Positions 10,301 through 19,038 of a stretch of DNA of 64,000 nucleotides are shown here, piece after piece. The translations under genes and the position numbers were made by a program. The notes beneath the pieces were generated by a model. The model worked only from the letters and a program-made list of their open reading frames with translations, was not told the DNA's origin and made no database searches. Source of the DNA: Acidimicrobiales bacterium. Lineage in GTDB: Bacteria > Actinomycetota > Acidimicrobiia > Acidimicrobiales > Bog-793. Numbering within the stretch: position 1 is the first letter of the stretch; every line of letters starts with the position of its first letter. The stretch spans positions 34,198 to 98,197 of the forward strand of contig JBEKBI010000004.1 of NCBI GenBank assembly GCA_050015475.1, read 5' to 3'.

Positions 10301-12754
10301 TCAGGGAACGATGTTGACCAGTCGTGGAGGTCGCGCTACCACACGCGCCGGCGTCGCGGCTCCCAATATCTCCTGGATCTTCGGCGAAGCGAGGGCCATT
10401 TCGGTCGCGGCCTGTTCCGTGATGTCGTGGTCGACCTCGAGCCGATCCCTCACCTTGCCGGCCACCTGCACGACCATTGTCACCTTCTCCTCGGCGAGGA
10501 GGCGAGGGTCTGCTATTGGCCAAGGGCGCGTGTGCACGACCTCGCCGTGTCGGCGGTCGTAGGCCTCGGCGGCCAGATGCGGGGCAAACGGCGCCAGAAG
10601 CTCGAGCAGGGTGTCGATCGACTCTTGGACCACGGCCGGGTCGGTGCCTGAGCGCGCGTGGCGTGCAATCGTGTTTGTCAGCTCCATGCATGCCGCGACG
10701 GCCGTGTTGAACGCGTAGCGCTCGATGTCAGCGGTCACACGCGCGATCGTGCGATGGACGACGCGTCTCAGAGCCTGTGCGTCGGCGCCGGGTGCCGCGA
10801 TCGCGGACTGCGCACCGCCGGCCTCGTCGGTCGCAAGATGCCAGACCCTGCCCAGGTAGCGGGAGCAACCATCGAGGATCTCCTCCGTCTGCTCGTTCCA
10901 GTCGACGTCATCTACGGGAGGCCCGATGAACAGGTGCAAGAGCCGCAGCGCGTCGGCACCCACCTTCGTGAAGTACGCGTCTGGTGCTACGACGTTTCCT
11001 TTGGACTTCGACATCGCCTTGCCGCCAAGGCGAATCATTCCCTGGCAAAACAGTTGCGCGAACGGCTCGCGAACCTGGGTCGGGCCCAGCCCGGTGTCAG
11101 CCAGAGCTCGAGTGAAAAAGCGCGCGTAGAGCAGGTGCAAGATGGCGTGGGTTATCCCGCCGATGTATTGGTCAACGGGCATGAAATGATGGGCCGCCCC
11201 CAGGTCCACGGGTCCTGCCTCGTAGCGCGGATTACAGAAACGCAGGAAGTACCAGGACGAGTCGACGAAAGTGTCCATCGTGTCGGTCTCCCGCACGGCT
11301 GGGCCGCCGCAGCTGGGGCAGGTCGTGTTGAGGAACTCCTCGTCGAAGCGGAGCGGGGACTCACCCGTTGGCCGGAACGCGACGTCGTCGGGGAGTAGTA
11401 CGGGCAGCTCTCGCGAGGGAACTGGCACTATCCCGTCGGTGGCGCAGTACACGACGGGGATGGGGCAGCCCCAATACCGTTGTCGACTGATCAGCCAGTC
11501 ACGTAGGCGGTAGCTGGTCTTGCTGGAGCCGATGCCTTGCTTTTCCAGGAACTCGATAGCCACTCGCTTCGCGGTCGGCACATCGAGCCCGTCGAGGAAG
11601 CCACTGTTGATCTTGAGCCCGTCGCCCGCGTACGCACCCCCCTCGAAGTCTTGGGGAGGCTCGACGGTACGCACGATCGGCAGGTCATACGCAGTTGCGA
11701 AGGCGAAGTCACGCTCATCTTCGGCGGGAACAGCCATGATCGCCCCGGTGCCGTAACCCATGAGCACATAGTCGGCGACGTATATAGGCATTGGCTTGTC
11801 GTTGAAGGGATTCACGCAGTAGCTGCCGGTGAACGCGCCCCGCTTGTCGAGAGGACCTTCTGAGGATTGGCGCTCGACGTCTGTTTCGTGTTGGATCCTG
11901 GCGCAAAGGTCGGCGACTTCCTGCTTGTGGTCGTCGGTCACGAGAAGTTCCACGAGCGGGTGATCTGGCGCGAGCACCGCGTAGGTCATTCCGAAGCTGG
12001 TGTCGGGCCGTGTCGTGAAGACCTCGACCTCGACCCCCGGCCGGTCGACGACGGCCATCCGGAACTGTGCCCCTTCTGACTTGCCGATCCAGTTTCGCTG
12101 CATCGTCTTGACGCGCTCAGGCCAGTCAAGGACTTCAAGGGCATCCAGTAGCTCCTCGGCGTACTTCGTGATCCGCAAGAACCACTGCTCGAGGTTGCGG
12201 CGCTCGACCAGGTCCCCCGACCTCTCGCAAGTGCCGTCTTCTAGGACCTGTTCGTTCGCCAGCACGGTGTGGCACCCGGGGCACCAGTTGACCGGGGCCT
12301 CGGCCCGGTACGCGAGCCCAGCCCGGAGCAGCTCCAAGAAAATGACCTGGTTCCACCTCATGTAGTCGGGGTCGTGGCTGCGCAGCTCGCGCCGCCAGTC
12401 GTAAACAGCGCCCAAGCGCTTTACCGAGGCTTTGAGTTCGGCGATCCGCGCCTCGGTATACACGCGGGGAGCGTCTCCACCCTTGATGGCGGCGTTCTCC
12501 GCCGGCAGACCGAATGAGTCGAAGCCGAAGGGGCTGAGCACGGCGTACCCCTGCATCGTGCGATGCCGGACCAGGACGTCGCCGAAGGTGTAGTTGCGGA
12601 TGTGACCCTGGTGGGCAGGTCCGCTCGGATATGGGTACATGCACAGCACGTAATACGGAGGTCGGGGGTCATCGGGATCAACCTGGTAGGTGCCGTCCTT
12701 CTCCCACCGTCTTTGCCAGCGTTCTTCGACCTCGCGAAAGTCGTATTCCACCAC
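10301..12754 (-). CDS. leuS: Leucine--tRNA ligase
   Basis: 817 aa. It has the class I HIGH-type motif ([15 protein letters not shown]), a KMSKS motif ([12 protein letters not shown]), a CP1 editing insert, and zinc-type Cys motifs ([14 protein letters not shown]). Confidence 0.95.
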   Translation of the reverse strand: MVEYDFREVEERWQRRWEKDGTYQVDPDDPRPPYYVLCMYPYPSGPAHQGHIRNYTFGDVLVRHRTMQGYAVLSPFGFDSFGLPAENAAIKGGDAPRVYTEARIAELKASVKRLGAVYDWRRELRSHDPDYMRWNQVIFLELLRAGLAYRAEAPVNWCPGCHTVLANEQVLEDGTCERSGDLVERRNLEQWFLRITKYAEELLDALEVLDWPERVKTMQRNWIGKSEGAQFRMAVVDRPGVEVEVFTTRPDTSFGMTYAVLAPDHPLVELLVTDDHKQEVADLCARIQHETDVERQSSEGPLDKRGAFTGSYCVNPFNDKPMPIYVADYVLMGYGTGAIMAVPAEDERDFAFATAYDLPIVRTVEPPQDFEGGAYAGDGLKINSGFLDGLDVPTAKRVAIEFLEKQGIGSSKTSYRLRDWLISRQRYWGCPIPVVYCATDGIVPVPSRELPVLLPDDVAFRPTGESPLRFDEEFLNTTCPSCGGPAVRETDTMDTFVDSSWYFLRFCNPRYEAGPVDLGAAHHFMPVDQYIGGITHAILHLLYARFFTRALADTGLGPTQVREPFAQLFCQGMIRLGGKAMSKSKGNVVAPDAYFTKVGADALRLLHLFIGPPVDDVDWNEQTEEILDGCSRYLGRVWHLATDEAGGAQSAIAAPGADAQALRRVVHRTIARVTADIERYAFNTAVAACMELTNTIARHARSGTDPAVVQESIDTLLELLAPFAPHLAAEAYDRRHGEVVHTRPWPIADPRLLAEEKVTMVVQVAGKVRDRLEVDHDITEQAATEMALASPKIQEILGAATPARVVARPPRLVNIVP

Positions 12755-12996
12755 GGGAACACGTTAGTGGGCCTGCGGTGGCGCCTCTTGACCGAGGAGG
12801 CGGGCGGTTGAGGCCGCCCGGGGCTACCGTCGACCCCTTTCCTCTGCGGACCAGGCCCCTAGCCGCCCGCGCGTCGACCGGGCTTTTGGACGAGGACTGG
12901 GGAGATTGCCGCAGCCCGCTGCTGGCGCGGTGCCAGTCGGGACAGCTCTCCGGAGGCGGCCTCGAGCCTGGGTCGGATAGAGTGCTCTCGTCGTTC

Positions 12997-13070
12997 GGGG
13001 GCGTAGCTCAGTTGGTAGAGCGCCTGACTGGCAGTCAGGAGGTTCGAGGGTTCGAGTCCCTTCGCCTCCA
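12997..13070 (+). tRNA. tRNA-Ala (anticodon GGC)
   Basis: Hand-folded cloverleaf. Acceptor GGGGGCG/CGCCTCC includes the G3:U70 alanine identity pair. D arm is GCTC-AGTTGGTA-GAGC. Anticodon arm is CCTGA-CTGGCAG-TCAGG (anticodon GGC). T arm is GAGGG-TTCGAGT-CCCTT, followed by discriminator A. CCA is not encoded. The variable region is one nt longer than I expected (AGGTTC). Confidence 0.85.
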
Positions 13071-13448
13071 CTCGAATGGCCTGGTAGGACGGTTGCAGAA
13101 GCAGATTGACGTAGTGCAACGGGAGCCTGTGTCATCCATTTGTCATCGTGACGCACGATCTCGCTAGCGGAGCGTTGAGCGTCCCAAGCGACCCGTCGCC
13201 TCACAGATTTCACGGGCGCTTCGGGAACGATCGGGGTGTGACGCTCGCGATCGGATGCGTCCCGTTCAGGAAAGGGCGAATGTGTCCCGCTGGTCCGGCC
13301 AGTCGCCGCGGCGATTGCCCGAGATATCTGGCAATCCGGACTCTTGAAGTTGGACAGCGCCCCTGAGGCGGATCTGCAAGACGTGTGGCGTGGTTCGCGG
13401 TGGTGGCAGAAGTTTCATGGTATGGATCCTCGGAACTATGCCAAATAG

Positions 13449-13604
13449 TTGGCGGTTCGAGTCCTTCTCGCGGGTCTCATCGCCGCGGCGTTAGGAGCAG
13501 CCCTGCTGGCTACCAACAGATTCGAGAGCGAGGGGGCGTTCCTGACCACCACCGGGCTCGTCGTCCTCCTCGTGGGCGTTTGGCGCCTCAGGCGAAGCAG
13601 ATAG
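13449..13604 (+). CDS. Hypothetical small membrane protein (51 aa, two hydrophobic helices); very uncertain
   Basis: Own reading, not in the track. TTG directly follows an in-frame TAG and gives LAVRVLLAGLIAAALGAALLATNRFESEGAFLTTTGLVVLLVGVWRLRRSR. No clear RBS. The 5' end coincides with a tRNA T-arm-like fragment, so this may be a chance ORF. Confidence 0.2.
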   Translation: MAVRVLLAGLIAAALGAALLATNRFESEGAFLTTTGLVVLLVGVWRLRRSR

Positions 13605-13908
13605 GGAAGCCTCCACCGAAAGTCCTGGTAGACGCGCTACGGCAGCAGATCCAAAAGGTGCCGCGGTGCTGGTGTCAGCGGTTTGTCGTCGGACCATTCG
13701 CCCATGGGGGTGACTGCGGAAACCGCACCTCTAGTCGTTACCGTGAACGAATTTCCCTGGATGGTGACGCTCGGTAACTGTGACTGCGATGACCGAAGAT
13801 CACCTTACGTTCTAGTCACGAGTCGTGATCCCAGCCTGAGCGGCTCGCTTCGTCTCACGGCGGCGGTCGCCGGTTAAATGGAGCGTTTCTCATCTAGAAT
13901 CGCGCCGC

Positions 13909-15606
13909 ATGGCTGCGCGCTTGCTTCGTCTCAAGCGTCAGATACCGAACCGCATCTACGCCCGAGTCGCCGCCCTCGCCGCAGTGGTCGTTGTTGTTGT
14001 GGCCGTGTTGGTTGTGACCGCGGGTGGTTCGACAACCAAGTTCCCGTTTTCGTCGCTCGGCAGTACAGAGGCGCCCGGGAGCTCCACAGCCCGCGTCGCC
14101 GCCGACTCCTCCGAAACTTCCGGCGGTCGAGCTGTCGCATCGCCGTCGTACCTCGAGCTGGCCGAGGCCGGGATCGAGAGGACTTCGGAGTGGTGGAGCG
14201 GTTCGGCCGACTGGTTTTATGAGCAGCTCGGGTCGAACCCTAACCGTGCGCAAGTGACATTGTGGGGAAGCGACGGGATGTTCGAAGCGCTTGATGAGAT
14301 CGCCATCGCCGACCCGACAGCCAAGACCAGGGCGGCGGTTGAGACATTCGCACGCGGCGAGCAGCGCTACTGGAACCCGAACCTGAAGCCAGTCCCCGGA
14401 TACTCACCACAGCTTGGTGAGCAGAGCTCCTCACAGCCGACCTGGTACGACGACAACGCCTGGATCGGGCTCGCGTTCCTGGACGCGTACCGCGCCACCG
14501 GCGACCACGCCTACGTTGCTGACGCCGAGCGCGCGTTCGCGTTCATCGCCGCAGGCGGTTGGGACGCCGAACATGGCGGCGGGATGTGGTGGAGCACCGA
14601 GCACCAATGGCTCTCCGGGGAGGCGCTTGGGGCTGCGTCAGACCTGGCCGCGCGGCTCTATCAAACCACCAGGCAGGCCGAATACCTGACCGACGCTGAG
14701 ATCTACATCGGCTGGGCCAACAAGCACCTGCTCACGCCGCAGGGCGTCTACCTCCCCGTGGCGAGCACGCCATATCCGTACCTGATCGAGCCGGACTCAT
14801 ATGTCAATCGCGGTCGAACGGGTGGGAAGTGGACCGATATTTGTATAGCAGGCAGAGGCACCTGTAAGCCCGACGCGATCGAAGTTACGCCGTGTAAGAC
14901 CGGCTCCAAGACCTGCAAGCCGGGCACGCTCGTGATCGTGAAATGTCCGGTCGGAGTCAAGGGCTGTGAGCTGGGCAGCACCATCGCCACCAGGGTAAGT
15001 GCCCGCGGAAACTGCGACAACGGCGCGGAGAACTGCAAGCCGAGTCAGCCGACGCCGGGCGGCGCGAGCTTCAACTCGACTGTGCCTGGCAGCGGCGTGG
15101 CTACAGCCAGCCAACGCGCTTCCGCCAACAAGGCCAACGCTGGCCCCGGGCAGGTCGCGATGCCGCATGACGGCGAGGGCGCCATGGTCGCCGCCATGAC
15201 CGCTCTGTGTGAGGCGACCGGCAAGCAGTCGTGGTGCACCGAAGCCGATCAACGTGCCCGCGACGACATTGAGTGGCTCGCGCCATTCGCCGACGGACCG
15301 CAGTACGACTCGGTGCTGATCCGCGGGCTGTTGGCGCTCTATTCCGAGAACCACGACGCGCGGCTCTATGACTTTGCGGTCAAACTCGCCGGTCTGATTA
15401 CCAAGTATGCACAGACTTCCCCGAACGTCTACCTGCGCGGCTGGGATGGCCGCGCGGTCCCGAACACCCCGTACCGCTTGTTACGCACCGACGCCGGAAG
15501 CATCGGCGTGTTCGCGGATCTGGCGACAGTCAAGCCTCCGCCACCGGCGGCGATGCGCGGGGCTGACGGTGCCGCCTCGGGCCTCGTGCCCAAAGGCCCG
15601 GCCTGA
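13909..15606 (+). CDS. Membrane-anchored glycoside hydrolase family 76-like protein (putative alpha-1,6-mannanase) with Cys-rich insert
   Basis: N-terminal signal anchor (ALAAVVVVVVAVLVV). GH76-like motifs are RYWNP, TWYDDNAWIGLAFLDAYRATGDHAY (DD catalytic pair), GGWDAEHGGGMWW and LYQTTRQAEYL. A ~130-aa insert (aa ~283-417) carries four CxxGxxxC units. Confidence 0.7.
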   Translation: MAARLLRLKRQIPNRIYARVAALAAVVVVVVAVLVVTAGGSTTKFPFSSLGSTEAPGSSTARVAADSSETSGGRAVASPSYLELAEAGIERTSEWWSGSADWFYEQLGSNPNRAQVTLWGSDGMFEALDEIAIADPTAKTRAAVETFARGEQRYWNPNLKPVPGYSPQLGEQSSSQPTWYDDNAWIGLAFLDAYRATGDHAYVADAERAFAFIAAGGWDAEHGGGMWWSTEHQWLSGEALGAASDLAARLYQTTRQAEYLTDAEIYIGWANKHLLTPQGVYLPVASTPYPYLIEPDSYVNRGRTGGKWTDICIAGRGTCKPDAIEVTPCKTGSKTCKPGTLVIVKCPVGVKGCELGSTIATRVSARGNCDNGAENCKPSQPTPGGASFNSTVPGSGVATASQRASANKANAGPGQVAMPHDGEGAMVAAMTALCEATGKQSWCTEADQRARDDIEWLAPFADGPQYDSVLIRGLLALYSENHDARLYDFAVKLAGLITKYAQTSPNVYLRGWDGRAVPNTPYRLLRTDAGSIGVFADLATVKPPPPAAMRGADGAASGLVPKGPA

Positions 15607-15643
15607 TGCGGAGGGGCGGCGCTGCCTGGAAGACACGCCGCGC

Positions 15644-16350
15644 ATGACCGCGCTGGAGCGGCGCTGCCGGTGGCTGCTGCGCGCCTATCCCGCTTGGTAC
15701 CGGCGTGAGCGGTCCGGGGAGATGCTGGGCACGTTGCTGGAGGCCAGCCCGCCCGGTCGGAAATGGCCTACCTTCCGGGACGCGCGAACCCTGGTTACCG
15801 GGGCCTGCGGGTCCGAGGCTGGGTCTGGTTGCTGTCGATGCTGTGGGTGGGAGCGGGAGCCGTCGGAGCTGGCTACGACTTTTGGCTCACCACCAAGCCG
15901 TTTACTGGCTGGGTCGCGCCCCTCAGCGTGCAACTTCCGTTGCCGCTCGAGATTGCGTTGGCTCTAGTCTTGATCACATTGCTTGCGGCGCTTATTTCCG
16001 TGCCGTTTGCCGGGTACATCAGGCTTCGCGGCTGGCGGCGCGGCCATTGGCTCCGCGCAGCCGCGTGGGCGGGCGCGTGGTGTGCGATCGTCGTTCTGTA
16101 TGTGCTGTCCAGTAGGTGGGCGGAGTACCCAGAACAGAATTGCATGAGTTATCAGTACCCGACCTGCCGCATTCCCAGCCCCGCCGTGGTGAGCTGGGGA
16201 GAGCTGCCAATCTGTGCCGCGTTTTTGGTACTCGGGATCCTGATGACCTGGGTACTGGCGGTGCCCCCGGCTCGCCGTTCGGACGTAGCGAGCAACAGCA
16301 GACAAGCCAGCGTCAAGGCCAGCTGGACATCCCCAGGCCGCAGCCGTTAA
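15644..16350 (+). pseudogene. Frameshifted (and probably 3'-truncated) integral membrane protein gene
   Basis: Frame A from ATG 15644 gives MTALERRCRWLLRAYPAWYRRERSGEMLGTLLEASPPGRKWPTFRDARTLVTG. This resembles N-termini of a common actinobacterial membrane-protein family. After a GGGG run (15800-15803) the sensible continuation LRVRGWVWLLSMLWVGAGAVG.. with 4-5 TM segments is in frame B (track ORF 15763..16350). The total length of 707 nt is not a multiple of 3. The 3' end abuts the IS110 remnant. Confidence 0.45.
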
Positions 16351-16700
16351 GCGCCGAGGTCTGTTGCCACTCTCCAGGCGGTGGCCTCGTCGTAGCGGCA
16401 GTCGTGCTCGAGCACCCCGTGCAGGAAGCCCGCCCAGCGGTTCGCGAGTTGCCGAAGGCACTGTGTCCATTCCCTTTCTCGCTTGGAAGTGAGGGCTATG
16501 GGGGAGCTCATCCGGGCGAGCCAGGTGGAAGGATGATCCATCGGCAGCTGGCGGACGCCCGACCCAGGAGCTCGAGTGACAGGCTCTGGAGACGGCTCTT
16601 AGGCATCTTCCTTGTTCGAGTGGGCATTTCGTGTCTGAGTTCTGCCTGATCAACAGGGGCGTCGAGGGGGTTCGAACATAGTCGCGTTACCTCCACCGGA
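16347..16700 (-). mobile_element. Degenerate 3' fragment of an IS110-family transposase gene (pseudogene remnant)
   Basis: Track ORF 16347..16541(-) ends ..QCLRQLANRWAGFLHGVLEHDCRYDEATAWRV. This closely resembles the conserved IS110-family C-terminus (..ALRQLANRLVGILHGCL...YDEATAW) as I remember it. Upstream, in two other frames, I read PKSRLQSLSLE / EPVTRAPGSG (compare AKSLQAYAGLAPVTRASGKS) and LCSNPLDAPVDQAELRHE. The N-terminal DEDD catalytic domain is absent, and at least one frameshift is present. Confidence 0.55.
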
Positions 16701-16927
16701 AAGTCCTTGTGGATCACTTGACTACCGAGGAATGTTCCGCTCAGCGCGGTGTGCTGATCTGTCTCGCCTGCTTGAAGTTGCGTGGTGACGCTGACGGCTT
16801 CGAACGTTGGTTGCGCCGCGGCGCGGTCTTACCGCGCACCGGCGATGGTGCAGCTTCGCCCGACCCAAGGTCGCGCCTTGGCCTACCTCCGGCAGCGGCT
16901 CGATCGCCCTACCGGGGGACCATCGTC

Positions 16928-17572
16928 CTATCGACGATTGCAGACGAGGTGCGTCACGCCGCTTGGAGTGGTCACCGACTCGATGGTGAACCGGTCCTCG
17001 AGGCCCTCCAACCCTTCCCACAGTGGCTCACCACGTCCGAGGACGATGGGAACGACGGCGACGTGCAGATAGTCAACGAGGTCGGCGCTCAGAAACTGGC
17101 GGACTGTGCTCGGTCCGCCGCCGACTCGGACGTCCAACTCGCCGGCGGCCTCCCGTGCGACCGCCAAGGCATCGGCAGGGCTGGCGTCGATGAAGTGGAA
17201 GGTCGTGCCGCCCTCCATCTCGATGGAAGGATGGGGGTGATGTGTGAGCACGAAGACGGGGTTGTGGTACGGCGGGTTATCGCCCCACCAACCCTTCCAG
17301 TCTGATTCGCCCCACGGGCCGCGCTCGGGTCCAAACATGTTGCGGCCCATGATGTCTGCTCCGACGCGGGGGGTCCATCGGCTGGCAAAGCCGTCGTCAG
17401 CGTTGGTCGCTCCTCCCGTCAAGCCGTGGAGTTCGCGGAACGACCGGGTGGCATCGAACCAGGCCAAGAGCCGTCCCCCGGCATGCCCGAAGGGTGCGTC
17501 CCTGCCCTGTCCCTCGCCCGACGCGTAGCCGTCCAGGGAGACCGACAAGCAGTGGACACGGACAGACGCCAC
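16928..17572 (-). CDS. Dihydrofolate reductase family protein (RibD C-terminal domain type)
   Basis: LSVSLDGYASG.., ADIMGRNMF, VFVLTHHP, VRVGGGPSTVRQFLSADLVDYLHVAVVPIVLGRGEPLW. A good RBS (GGAAGGAG) lies 6 nt upstream of the GTG start. Confidence 0.8.
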   Translation of the reverse strand: MASVRVHCLSVSLDGYASGEGQGRDAPFGHAGGRLLAWFDATRSFRELHGLTGGATNADDGFASRWTPRVGADIMGRNMFGPERGPWGESDWKGWWGDNPPYHNPVFVLTHHPHPSIEMEGGTTFHFIDASPADALAVAREAAGELDVRVGGGPSTVRQFLSADLVDYLHVAVVPIVLGRGEPLWEGLEGLEDRFTIESVTTPSGVTHLVCNRR

Positions 17573-18282
17573 GGGAAACTCCTTCCAAATGAACTTGACA
17601 CTTCACGCACTCTAACGAGGGCACCTGTCTATCCGGCTGCGGCCAAGCTCCCCCATGACCAGAGCTACTGGTGAGCATTCCCCTTTGCTCGTCATGAAGC
17701 AGTGCATCAGCCCAAGTGCGCCAGGCCGCGCCGTCTCGTTCGACAAAGTGGCCGCCCATCGCTCATGCACGGGGCAGCTCGGGATCGCCTGTCGATTGCA
17801 TTCGGTTCCCTATTCGCCGGTTGGGAGGATCTGGGGTGGCCCGAACGTCCGCATCAGAGTCATGCCCGCGTCTCCCGGGAAGGCGTTGAGGCATTGACCT
17901 CCAGTTCGGCCGCCTGTCTCGGCGAGACTCGGCGCCGGCTCGACCGGGGGGCGTCCTGGCGCTGCCTCGAGGACTCCGGCCAGCTCCGGTTCGTGTCGAA
18001 CCCCGGACGCGGACATCGCCGGGCCTCCCGAACCCGGCGACGTCGTTGCAACTGACCACACAATGAAGCCAACTCCAGTAACCATCGACCCTTCGAGCGG
18101 AAATCTTTAGAGTGACGGGACCGACTTCTGGCAGGGTGTTGCTGGACTCGTATGGTCGTCAAACAACTTCCCATCTCCGCAAAGCGACATTGTGGAGGTC
18201 CTCCGCCGTATTCGTGTCCGGGAGACCGACGCAGTCGCAGCTCGGGCGCGCGAAGCTGCGCACACCGAGCAGGGAGTGGTGA

Positions 18283-18870
18283 GTGGGCACAGCACGGCGA
18301 GCAGCAATGTCCATAGCGGCTCTGCTCGGCGCGCTTGCGATCGGCGGATGCACTGCGAAAACGACCATGGGCAATTCAACTACGAGGACAGCTGCACAAG
18401 GGGCGGCCACCACCTCGAGTTCAACGCTGGCGGGCACGACGACGACCCCATGGCAGGTCGGCCACGTCGGCCAGTCGTGGACCATCACCGATGATTCTGG
18501 TGACAACGTCACGGTCGGGCTTGTGGCGGTGATCGACCCGGCCCATGGCGCCAGCGAATTTGCAACACCGGATGCCGGCCACCGCTTTATGGCAGTCAAG
18601 ATCGTCGTGACGAACAATGCCCCGGGAACCTTCAGTGACGACTTGGACACCGACGTGACAATGATCGGGTCGGATGGCAAGACCTACACGGCTACTCTCG
18701 ATCCCGTCGCCGGATGCACGAATTTCAATGCGGGCTTGGTCGCGCTGCCGGGAGACGCCTCGGTCACCGGTTGCGTCGCATTCGAGCTTCCCACGGTCGT
18801 CAAGGCCGCCCAGGTGGACTTTCTGCCCAGCGCCGACCACGGCGGAAGTCCCGCTGTGTGGGACTTGTAG
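18283..18870 (+). CDS. Lipoprotein with DUF4352-like immunoglobulin-fold domain
   Basis: Signal peptide with lipobox LAIGGC, a Thr/Ser-rich linker, then the pattern ..VTVGLVAVIDPA..HRFMAVKIVVTNN..G..Y..GCVAFELP, typical of DUF4352 proteins as I recall them. Confidence 0.65.
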   Translation: MGTARRAAMSIAALLGALAIGGCTAKTTMGNSTTRTAAQGAATTSSSTLAGTTTTPWQVGHVGQSWTITDDSGDNVTVGLVAVIDPAHGASEFATPDAGHRFMAVKIVVTNNAPGTFSDDLDTDVTMIGSDGKTYTATLDPVAGCTNFNAGLVALPGDASVTGCVAFELPTVVKAAQVDFLPSADHGGSPAVWDL

Positions 18871-19038
18871 GACGCTGGCGCCCCTCGGTCACCTTCCAGG
18901 GGAGTCGGGCCTGGTCCGATCTTGGGCCTGGCTTCCCGCGATCAATTGCGCACCGCCCAGCCGGAGACTTCCGACTCGACGTGCTGCGGCTCCGTTGTTG
19001 CCACCAGGACCAAACGCTCAGCCCACGCGCTCTTGCGA

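Noticed and set aside
13395-13475. Possible second tRNA or tRNA pseudogene, suggested by GGCGG-TTCGAGT-CC.
   Set aside because: The T stem has a central mismatch, and I could find no acceptor, D or anticodon arm upstream. I kept it only as a tRNA 3'-fragment observation.
17573-18282. Candidate genes in the 710-bp gap between the DHFR-family gene and the lipoprotein gene (track ORFs 17702..18055(+), 17810..18085(-), 17860..18174(-) and others).
   Set aside because: No frame gives a recognisable or compositionally normal protein. I treat the region as non-coding or decayed sequence within the tRNA-adjacent patch.
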